IMG/VR virus record: IMGVR_UViG_3300020213_000019
Reading direction: 5' to 3' (one strand)
From: an uncultured virus (IMG/VR IMGVR_UViG_3300020213_000019)
Taxonomy: Duplodnaviria > Heunggongvirae > Uroviricota > Caudoviricetes
Length of the DNA stretch: 64,000 nt
This document shows positions 56,720-64,000 of the stretch, piece by piece. A program made the position numbers and the translations under genes. Each line of letters starts with the position of its first letter. Position 1 is the first letter of the stretch. A model generated the notes under the pieces. It had not been told where the DNA came from and ran no database searches. It was given only the letters and a program-made list of their open reading frames with translations.

Positions 56720-57112
56720 CTAGGACATCAGCGTAACAAGTTTTTGAAATGAATGGTATTTTTTAACAACGCCATCGATAGATGAGTCGTTAATCTCTAC
56801 ACTACGTTTGCTAGGGAATTTTTGAATCAAAAAAGCATCACTTCGATCTGGATTACGATAGCTCATTCGTTCAATGGAGAAACATAATGCTGCATGTTCG
56901 TAATCGTCATACGAGAATACTTCTACCATTTCGTTCATTCTAATGCAAACGTAGTAGTGTGAGTATGATAAATATTCAGTATCGTAATCGTAATCTTCGT
57001 TAAGCATCAAACAGGATCGTTCACTGTTTGAATAAAAATGTTCTTTGGGCGGCCCTAGTGATGATGCGCATATAGGACACCGAGCTGGTAGGTCTTGTAA
57101 ATCGAAATTCAC
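56720..57112 (-). CDS. CxxC..HY family, tail QKLVTLMS
   Basis: CPICA..C..HYY. Confidence 0.75.
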   Translation of the reverse strand: MNFDLQDLPARCPICASSLGPPKEHFYSNSERSCLMLNEDYDYDTEYLSYSHYYVCIRMNEMVEVFSYDDYEHAALCFSIERMSYRNPDRSDAFLIQKFPSKRSVEINDSSIDGVVKKYHSFQKLVTLMS

Positions 57113-57453
57113 AAAAACACCTTTGCTTTTTCCAGCCTAGACCAATCATTGGTAATAACGAATCTAGTCAACAGTTTTTCATCCATGCCAACGAAGCTGG
57201 CAATACCTATCATGACAGAAGCAACTATTTCTCGCCTCCAGCTCATACTGGTTTGCTGGTGTTTAATAACAACACTACGACTGTTACCCTCTATGGTATA
57301 CATGCCTACGTATATTTTAGCCTCGGCCTCTATTGTTTTATTGAAGTCACTTAATTGTATTGGGCCTTGACGTAACTCATAGTGACATGATTTGCACGGC
57401 TCGGTGATGCAAAAATCGTCTATGTTGTCACATATTGGGCAACGAAAATTCAT
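57109..57453 (-). CDS. CxxC family, tail EKAKVFL
   Basis: CPICD..CKSCHY. Confidence 0.72.
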   Translation of the reverse strand: MNFRCPICDNIDDFCITEPCKSCHYELRQGPIQLSDFNKTIEAEAKIYVGMYTIEGNSRSVVIKHQQTSMSWRREIVASVMIGIASFVGMDEKLLTRFVITNDWSRLEKAKVFL

Positions 57454-57803
57454 GCAAGGATTGCCCATTTAATGTAGTTATAAATGAAGAACATAATCTC
57501 TGCATCTGAAGCAAGACGTTTGAAGTATTTTGGTTTCGACAAACCGCCAGTGAAATTTACCATAGTTATGTTTGATGGAGAATATCTCGCAACAGATATG
57601 GGACTTACTCTATCGTTGAAATACTCTCTGTAATTACTGCCATTTTTCATGATTACAGCCATATAGTGAGGCTGAATATCATCACCGCATTTAAGAGAAT
57701 ATTCTTTATCAGAAAAGAAGTTAACTTTATTTATCGGCGCGTGACAGACAGGGCACGTAAAACCAGCGCACGACATAAACTCGGGAGTATCTTTTTCATT
57801 CAT
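57450..57803 (-). CDS. CxxC..HY family, tail IKWAILA
   Basis: CPVCH..C..HY. Confidence 0.75.
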   Translation of the reverse strand: MNEKDTPEFMSCAGFTCPVCHAPINKVNFFSDKEYSLKCGDDIQPHYMAVIMKNGSNYREYFNDRVSPISVARYSPSNITMVNFTGGLSKPKYFKRLASDAEIMFFIYNYIKWAILA

Positions 57804-58117
57804 AGCATGACCAATAATTTTTTACATCGATTAATGGCATATAGGATATCTTCAAATTGAGTCTGGCCAGTTTTCATAATAACTAAACCGTCATATTTGA
57901 TTTTAGTTGTATTATCAGAAAAACGACGGTTTAGAGTTATATGCCCTACCTTTGTAAAGTCAGAATGAACACCGAATCGTATGTAATGAGAACTATAATT
58001 TTTAGAAAGCGGGTCACAAGACTTAGCCTCTTTGCTTCGTTTACACGCAAAGACAGGCTCTCCTCCGAAAAGGTCGCCCTCAGTTAATTCAGATTTACAT
58101 ATAGGACAGGTTAACAA
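57800..58117 (-). CDS. CxxC..HY family, tail KKLLVML
   Basis: CPICK..C..HY. Confidence 0.75.
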   Translation of the reverse strand: MLTCPICKSELTEGDLFGGEPVFACKRSKEAKSCDPLSKNYSSHYIRFGVHSDFTKVGHITLNRRFSDNTTKIKYDGLVIMKTGQTQFEDILYAINRCKKLLVML

Positions 58118-58413
58118 AGAACTCCTAATTTAGAGAGTCCAGTTATGTATCTCAACATATCGACATCTTTGATGTTTGGTTTTACAGTTTTGACCAGAGA
58201 TTCGTTAATGTAAATTTTAGTTTCTATAGGACCAGTGCCCAATAGTTTTCGATGAATCATTACATTATTTACGAGTTAGAAATCTTCGGTAATTCCAACG
58301 TCGAAAATAACGGCGCGGTAATGATCGGGCGTAGGCGTACTGGTCGTACAGTGACCACCCATTCTTGGATATCCACTATAAGTTAAGGGCGCCCCACATA
58401 GAGGGCACTTCAT
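58111..58413 (-). pseudogene. CxxC..HY family member with internal TAA, tail SKLGVLC
   Basis: MKCPLCG..C..DHY..EDF* then the same frame continues; stop at 58276-58278. Confidence 0.75.
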
Positions 58414-58715
58414 GCCATTACCTGCAATCGTTTGTAACGTTTACACATTACAGTGAACTCTTCATCGTTAATGTAACGATTGATTTGAAAACAAACGGTA
58501 CTGTTGCTGTATACGATTGTCCAATTGATAGCGCGATTTCTACTTATCAAGCATATACCGTAATGCATACTATCGTTTCTAAGTACGCAGATTTGATCTA
58601 ATTTCCTGCTGTACCGATCACTGATACGATACCCGCATCGCTCACACAAGTATTCATCTAAGTGCTGTTCAGCCACCGTTTTTTGCATCAAATTAGAACA
58701 AAGCAAACATTTCAT
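58410..58715 (-). CDS. CxxC family, tail KRLQVMA
   Basis: CLLC..CERC. Confidence 0.75.
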   Translation of the reverse strand: MKCLLCSNLMQKTVAEQHLDEYLCERCGYRISDRYSRKLDQICVLRNDSMHYGICLISRNRAINWTIVYSNSTVCFQINRYINDEEFTVMCKRYKRLQVMA

Positions 58716-59107
58716 TATATGAATGTTGCCAGCTTTGGAATACGTTTTAAGTAACTCTTTATTTCATCAAGACAAAGTATTCTTTGAAAATTAGAGAACT
58801 GTTTAGCCTGAATGTAAACGCCCGTAGTTTTTCCAGATACATCTACATGCACTTCACATACATCAGTGTAATAATATTCCGATTCTTCATCGTATATTTT
58901 ACCTCTTGATTCACCACGAACAAGAACGATTGAATACTCGCCTTGTAATCCACCAAGATAAGAGACTTGACGCGCGCAGCACCAGCTTGATGACCACAAC
59001 GATGAACCATCATGCTCGTATTCGAGCATCAGATCATCTCCACACAGCGGGCATGCCTGCTTGGAAGGAGGCGTGATTTGCTGAGGCCTTATGAAGCGGT
59101 GCGTCAT
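58715..59107 (-). CDS. CxxC family, tail PKLATFI
   Basis: CPLCG..CC. Confidence 0.75.
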   Translation of the reverse strand: MTHRFIRPQQITPPSKQACPLCGDDLMLEYEHDGSSLWSSSWCCARQVSYLGGLQGEYSIVLVRGESRGKIYDEESEYYYTDVCEVHVDVSGKTTGVYIQAKQFSNFQRILCLDEIKSYLKRIPKLATFI

Positions 59108-59108
59108 G

Positions 59109-59420
59109 TTAAAGCAAAACGGAAAGTTTTTCTAATTCATCAAACTTATCCCACCACTTACGAAAGTCGCGGGGCTTCAGTTTCATAAGTAATCCAATCC
59201 CTATATTGACAACTTGTTCTTCTACAGAGTTCGAGTTTTCACGGCGTATCGTCGTCTTGGTATTATCGCCTCGAATTTCGTAACGACCGATCTTTCGATA
59301 AACTTTACAGTATTCGGCGCTGTCTTTGGTATGTTTTTTACTTTCAAGCTCACTATCATTCCAAAGATTACAAACAAAACAATACAACATCATGCTGCCG
59401 TGACAGATAGGACATTTCAT
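59109..59420 (-). CDS. CxxC family, tail EKLSVLL
   Basis: CPIC..CFVC. Confidence 0.75.
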   Translation of the reverse strand: MKCPICHGSMMLYCFVCNLWNDSELESKKHTKDSAEYCKVYRKIGRYEIRGDNTKTTIRRENSNSVEEQVVNIGIGLLMKLKPRDFRKWWDKFDELEKLSVLL

Positions 59421-59782
59421 AACATTGGCCCCAGTCTAGAATAGCTATGAAACATGGCAACGAATTCCTCATCTGTTACCGCCCTATCTAATTGTAACAG
59501 ATGCCTGTGTACACCAAACCAAGCTGATGTTTGACTGGAACTATCTACACTACGTTGTACTTCGAATCCATTAATAAAAATGAAGTCAGTAAACCAATGA
59601 CCAAACCCTGATAATTCATCTGCTTGCAAAATCATATGAATGGTGTAATGTTTAGTTGAGCACTGAGCTATAATGATTCCTCGCTGTGTTAAGTTGTATT
59701 CGTTTTCCTTAACAAAGATTTCGATTCCGCACAACTTACACCAAAGCTGCGGTACCGGAAGTATCGGATCTATGTCAGACAT
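59417..59782 (-). CDS. CxxC..HY family, tail SRLGPML
   Basis: CKLC..CSTKHY. Confidence 0.75.
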   Translation of the reverse strand: MSDIDPILPVPQLWCKLCGIEIFVKENEYNLTQRGIIIAQCSTKHYTIHMILQADELSGFGHWFTDFIFINGFEVQRSVDSSSQTSAWFGVHRHLLQLDRAVTDEEFVAMFHSYSRLGPML

Positions 59783-60126
59783 AATAGCCTTTTATATTTT
59801 TGACACAGTTCATATAACTCGCTGTCAGATATGCAGTAATCCATACTATCAAGTTCCCAGGCGCTCTTTGTAATGACGGTCCTGGTTTTGAAAATCGATG
59901 CGACATTGGCGTCTCCGCCTACGCGGAAGTTTCTTGTAATTTCAAATGGCCCCACAACCGTCATATCAACCCATCCGGTACTGGTCTTGCTGCGAGCGTA
60001 GTGAGCGTAATCCGTCGATTCGCCATTTGTGCATATAGTATGCAGCGCCGCTGTGGTATTTTCTACATTACGACCGTTGCTATCGCGAAGTATCGAATCA
60101 CATACTGGGCAGATGATGTCAGTCAT
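59770..60126 (-). CDS. CxxC..HY family, tail KRLLCLT
   Basis: CPVC..C..HY. Confidence 0.75.
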   Translation of the reverse strand: MTDIICPVCDSILRDSNGRNVENTTAALHTICTNGESTDYAHYARSKTSTGWVDMTVVGPFEITRNFRVGGDANVASIFKTRTVITKSAWELDSMDYCISDSELYELCQKYKRLLCLT

Positions 60127-60467
60127 TTCAATATAGTTAGTTTGATGCATCGTTTTACAGTATCTCTGACCTCTTCGTCAGATAGAATCCGATCATATTT
60201 CTTTACGTAATCAATTGAGGTTTCGTAATCGTATATAACGACTTTGCCAGACATGACAATATCAGACATTTTTCTTTCGAAATGCCTACGAACACAATAG
60301 CCATCTGCGTCTGCAAAGTCTATTATGAGAATTTTTCGATACTTAGAAACATGACATCGATAATGCTTCTTCGGGCATTCAAAGACAGCAAAGGCTTCAT
60401 GGCTTCGGGTCATGTAAGTCATTATATTTTCATCCTGAAGACTTACGCCACACATCACGCATCTCAC
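60123..60467 (-). CDS. CxxC..HY family, tail IKLTILK
   Basis: CVMC..CPKKHY; close paralog of next gene. Confidence 0.75.
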   Translation of the reverse strand: MRCVMCGVSLQDENIMTYMTRSHEAFAVFECPKKHYRCHVSKYRKILIIDFADADGYCVRRHFERKMSDIVMSGKVVIYDYETSIDYVKKYDRILSDEEVRDTVKRCIKLTILK

Positions 60468-60895
60468 AACATCACCATTAATCTTTTTAGATTATGGCGT
60501 TTGTATTTCTCTACAAGTTTTAGCATTTCTTCACGAGTAATTATTCTCTTGATGGTAAGCCTAAGATGTTCTGTATTACCGAAAGTAGCGGTATCTCTAG
60601 GTATCACATCGCTAAAGCCTAGCTGAAAAAACCTGCGCACACAGAAGTCTTCTGCATCTGCAGAATCGTTCTCTATCTGCATCGGCCCGATGGGATCGAC
60701 TTCACTATAGTACACTCGGTAATGTTTACTAGGGCATTCTAATATAAAGGGTTCGCGTTCGCGTCTAGTATACCCTTCTCGTTCAAGAGGTAACGCACAA
60801 ACCAAACACGTACCAGACAGACGACTGGGCCAAATTATGGTATTTGGCCCAATGACGGTTGGTTTAAAGAACCAGCCTATTATTCGTTTAATCAT
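60464..60895 (-). CDS. CxxC..HY family, tail KRLMVML
   Basis: CLVC..CPSKHY. Confidence 0.75.
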   Translation of the reverse strand: MIKRIIGWFFKPTVIGPNTIIWPSRLSGTCLVCALPLEREGYTRREREPFILECPSKHYRVYYSEVDPIGPMQIENDSADAEDFCVRRFFQLGFSDVIPRDTATFGNTEHLRLTIKRIITREEMLKLVEKYKRHNLKRLMVML

Positions 60896-61362
60896 TCTTC
60901 AGGCTGGCTAGTCTCTTTTCTAGAGTATCTATTTCGACCTGTTTGCAATACGCTTCGTACTTGACCATTTCTTTATTGTATTTAGCCTCGGCAATTTCGA
61001 ATGACTTCATTGCCTTATTGTACTCTGCTTTTTTGGCTGCTTTATCAACAGGAACGCTATAGATGTATTTGTAATCAATCCAATCCATCATTCGCGGCCA
61101 AGAAGTTACCAATTTTACTTTAGAGTAATCAATCCCCTTAGGGACAAGATGAATAATATCTGCCAACGTGAGCTGACCGATGCTTTTTTTTTGGTGCTGT
61201 ATATTCCTCATCCTCACACATTTCGGCGTAACTCTCTTCATCGTAATCTTCATTGATACGTTCTCGATACCAGTAGATGACATGTTCTTCGGTTGCACCG
61301 CTGAGCAAAGAATACTCCAAACTAAATTTGTTCGGAGGAAATGGTTGGGTTGGCTTATCCAC
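60888..61362 (-). pseudogene. gene split by frameshift at an A9 run
   Basis: MDKPTQPFPP...EYTAPKK joins SIGQLTLADII...LKND if A9 (61184-61192) were A8. Confidence 0.65.
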
Positions 61363-61883
61363 TAGAAGAAGATCCTTAGCGTACCGTGGAAAACATTACT
61401 GTCTTGATTGAAGTCTGCCTTCTTGCAAACAAATCCATGCTGGCTGCGTGACACATAAAGAAACATACTCTTCATGAAGTCGTTAATATTGAAATGAATA
61501 TTGCGAGAGCTAATGACTTTGGCGTCATCGTCGAGAGCTTTACCCTCTTCGTATTTTTGTATGACAATGACGAAGTCGGTCGCCTCTTTACCGCACCAAA
61601 GAGGATCCTTTTGGAACTCAGCCTCGCGCTGATCAATCTTCTCTTCTCTCTCTGCCCATTCGTAACGGAGCGTCTCCTGCTCCTCTGAACTCATGCTGGT
61701 CGCCAAAGCGAATGCGGCTGCGTAATCGCTGCCTGACTTTGCGTCGATTGCCAAATACGAACTGTAAAATGCAGCGCGGATTGTTTCGTAGCTGGCTTTC
61801 ATGCCGCTCTTATTGGAGTACGAAACTACTTTTTTTATCGCGCCAATGGGATCGGATAAGACTTCTTTGTCAAGCAAGTTCAT
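61362..61883 (-). CDS. hypothetical protein
   Basis: AAGGTGA RBS; TGTCGAG at 61928-61934(-). Confidence 0.75.
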   Translation of the reverse strand: MNLLDKEVLSDPIGAIKKVVSYSNKSGMKASYETIRAAFYSSYLAIDAKSGSDYAAAFALATSMSSEEQETLRYEWAEREEKIDQREAEFQKDPLWCGKEATDFVIVIQKYEEGKALDDDAKVISSRNIHFNINDFMKSMFLYVSRSQHGFVCKKADFNQDSNVFHGTLRIFF

Positions 61884-62239
61884 TAAAATTCACCTTTCAT
61901 AGAGAAAGGTCGCGCCACTTTAGTCTGCTCGACAAAATGAGATTTGGCTTTCAACGATGTAAGACAAAGACATGAGGGTTTAGAAAACCTACATGTAGTC
62001 GTAGGCTACGAATTTTTAACAGAGCCCATGGATATTTTAACTTAAAATAGTAATTCCGCGCCGAGCTAACTCGACAGTTCCTAATTACTCAGCAGTTACG
62101 ATGGTTTGCACTAAATTTTACAGCTCGAAATTTCCAAACTGCACCTAAGTACTCGTAACTATAGGTGTTTCTAAGCTAATTATTTAGAACGCATTTCCAC
62201 TAGTAAAATAAACTTTATCAAAGTATAATAAGTCTTATG

Positions 62240-62624
62240 TCATGACATTAGAAGTACCGTGTCGACGAATCGTCTAGCGGTTTTGATTGTGAGCAAATCA
62301 ATATCTTTACGATACTGAATTGAAACTTCCTGAGAAGCACCTGACGTAGCATGTGGTTTCTTGTATATAGTGATGTAGGCGAAAGTTCTTTTTCCACCCC
62401 ACTCTTTGTGAAAGTAAACATTTAAGTCTGGCCAATAAATTTGGAGACTCACTGTACTACCTTTACGATTCAAAGTCTTTAGAAAGCCGTTGGTGCCGTG
62501 ATAGCATACGCACGGGTAAGTAAATTGATACGCCATCAAATTTGGTAAGCATCATGAAGTCGCTGGCGTGCGATTCCACTCCGCGCATAGGCTGACCGCA
62601 ATGAATACAACGATGATGTATCAT
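62240..62624 (-). pseudogene. frameshifted CxxC family member, tail DTVLLMS
   Basis: MIHHRCIHCGQPM.. (ATG 62624) and ..YPCVCYHG..LLMS* lie in different frames. Confidence 0.55.
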
Positions 62625-62854
62625 GTTAGGATCATTAATTTTTTGAATCGAGTAAGTAAAGATATAAGGACAGGCAATTCGTGCAAATCGATCGAGCACA
62701 TAACCGTATAAGGAACCCAGCTGTACGTTCCAGTGTTGCCGTTTTCTAGCCATGATTCTCGATGTATTGTAAATGAGCGCTCATGGTATTTGAGAGTTGC
62801 TACGAACCGATAATCTTTATTATCCTGTTGATATGGGCTACTTTCAATCTTCAT
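62621..62854 (-). CDS. hypothetical protein, tail KKLMILT
   Basis: ATGA-coupled. Confidence 0.7.
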   Translation of the reverse strand: MKIESSPYQQDNKDYRFVATLKYHERSFTIHRESWLENGNTGTYSWVPYTVMCSIDLHELPVLISLLTRFKKLMILT

Positions 62855-63156
62855 AGCAATACCAGTAAGCTTGGATTATTTATTAGATGGCGTAGCCGCT
62901 CGTCAGACATGTAGTAATTTAATATATGATGGTTAGCGAAGGATGGAGAAATGATACGACTTCTCGGCGCGGTGCCAATATTGAATCTGGCTATTTCAAT
63001 CGTGGGACGAATGGTATGGTCACGATAATAAAGAGCATTAGCTCCGTAAGAAGAGGCTGTATAAAAAGCACTGAAACCGCAGTAGCCACAACTGCTAGCT
63101 ACAAATTGTTCCGACGTTATGTCTTCCATCGGCTGAAAACAATAAATACAGTTCAT
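62851..63156 (-). CDS. CxxC family, tail PSLLVLL
   Basis: CIYC..CGYC. Confidence 0.72.
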   Translation of the reverse strand: MNCIYCFQPMEDITSEQFVASSCGYCGFSAFYTASSYGANALYYRDHTIRPTIEIARFNIGTAPRSRIISPSFANHHILNYYMSDERLRHLINNPSLLVLL

Positions 63157-63392
63157 ATTAGATTCAGTAGCCCTATTGCTTTTTTGAAAAGTTTTCCCAA
63201 TGGAACAAGCTCTCCGAATGGGATATAAAACCGATTATAAAACCGATTATCATCGAATGGTGACGTGTACCATTTATTGGTTACATCGTTGAAATATTCT
63301 TTGGTTAGACAGATTCTTTGGTCATCTTTGTCTACGTCCAAACAATATCTAAGCCGGGACTCTCCAATCCTATATTCTTGATACCATTTCAT
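63153..63392 (-). CDS. hypothetical protein, tail IGLLNLI
   Basis: ATGA-coupled. Confidence 0.7.
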   Translation of the reverse strand: MKWYQEYRIGESRLRYCLDVDKDDQRICLTKEYFNDVTNKWYTSPFDDNRFYNRFYIPFGELVPLGKLFKKAIGLLNLI

Positions 63393-63787
63393 TGGAATAA
63401 TAAAATCCTTTTTGCCCAGGTATGAATTTCTTCAGAAGTCATTAATGTTAGCTTCTTAAGTTTATCAAGTTTGATCACCGGGCTACGAGAACCAAGGAAC
63501 ACCTGATTGTCATACTCCTTACTTTCCAATGCATAAATGTATGTACCGACTTCTCCATAAGCTGAGCCAGGTTTTATGTAATTGTTAACGACACGACAAT
63601 CGGAGTAAGTTAATGCAATCTGTATTGTGTTACTTCCGGCCGTTACCATTTCTTGATAGCCCGCCATTGCTCTGCCGGAGTCGATATACATTTTGCAATA
63701 GCAAGTCATTTCAAACTGAAATGAATCAGATACGACCCACTCGCATTGAGCGCCACAATGAATACCAGCCCTTTTAGGATGCTTCAT
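63389..63787 (-). CDS. hypothetical protein, tail KRILLFQ
   Basis: ATGA-coupled. Confidence 0.7.
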   Translation of the reverse strand: MKHPKRAGIHCGAQCEWVVSDSFQFEMTCYCKMYIDSGRAMAGYQEMVTAGSNTIQIALTYSDCRVVNNYIKPGSAYGEVGTYIYALESKEYDNQVFLGSRSPVIKLDKLKKLTLMTSEEIHTWAKRILLFQ

Positions 63788-63987
63788 TTGAACAGCATTA
63801 ATCTTTGAATCCACTTCTCGATCTCTGGACCAGTCCGCCCAGACAAATCTAAAGCCTTGGTAAAATGAAGCACCTTTTCATGAGCTATTGTTTCATAAAA
63901 CAATCCATATACGTTATGTTTGTATATGGTTCTGTAAATGCTAGTCTCTAACGGTCCCCACAGATTAGTATAGTTGATACTAATCAT
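63784..63987 (-). CDS. hypothetical protein, tail QRLMLFK (start uncertain)
   Basis: EI..W..R..LF tail shared with the downstream gene. Confidence 0.6.
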   Translation of the reverse strand: MISINYTNLWGPLETSIYRTIYKHNVYGLFYETIAHEKVLHFTKALDLSGRTGPEIEKWIQRLMLFK

Positions 63988-64000
63988 ATAGTCATCGAAT

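Noticed and set aside
58276..58278. In-frame stop as evidence of genetic code reassignment
   Set aside because: A single TAA; TAA, TAG and TGA all end conserved genes normally in this window.
46785..63987. Diversity-generating retroelement behind the variable families
   Set aside because: No reverse transcriptase and no near-identical TR/VR pair differing at adenines was seen in this window.

Overview
A 64 kb segment of a large (jumbo-type) dsDNA bacteriophage genome; the host cannot be identified from this window. It carries nucleotide metabolism genes (class II RNR, thyA, DHFR, dUTPase, IMPDH/GMP reductase and a broken dCMP deaminase). It also has host-like translation and regulatory genes (methionine aminopeptidase, IF-1, a sigma-70 factor, PIN-PhoH, a WYL protein), two DEDDh exonucleases and a tail-fibre-like cluster at 15.5-23.7 kb. 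Selfish elements are common: an HNH intein in RNR, a class 3 LAGLIDADG intein in PhoH, an in-frame HNH endonuclease in thyA with no intein motifs, and six copies or derivatives of one IS200/IS605 tnpB-only element (TTTAT target motif, GTTCAC right end). The most striking unexplained pattern is that about 50 small, otherwise divergent ORFs, mostly at 43-64 kb, end in the same position-fixed C-terminal tail, [KR]-L-x-x-[LMF]-x-stop. Core enzymes and virion proteins lack this tail. The ORFs fall into at least three scaffold families, two of them Zn-binding with hypervariable interiors, which suggests a library of proteins docking on one common partner. An intergenic TGTCGAG motif precedes many operons. 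All product calls come from motif recognition by eye, not database searches.
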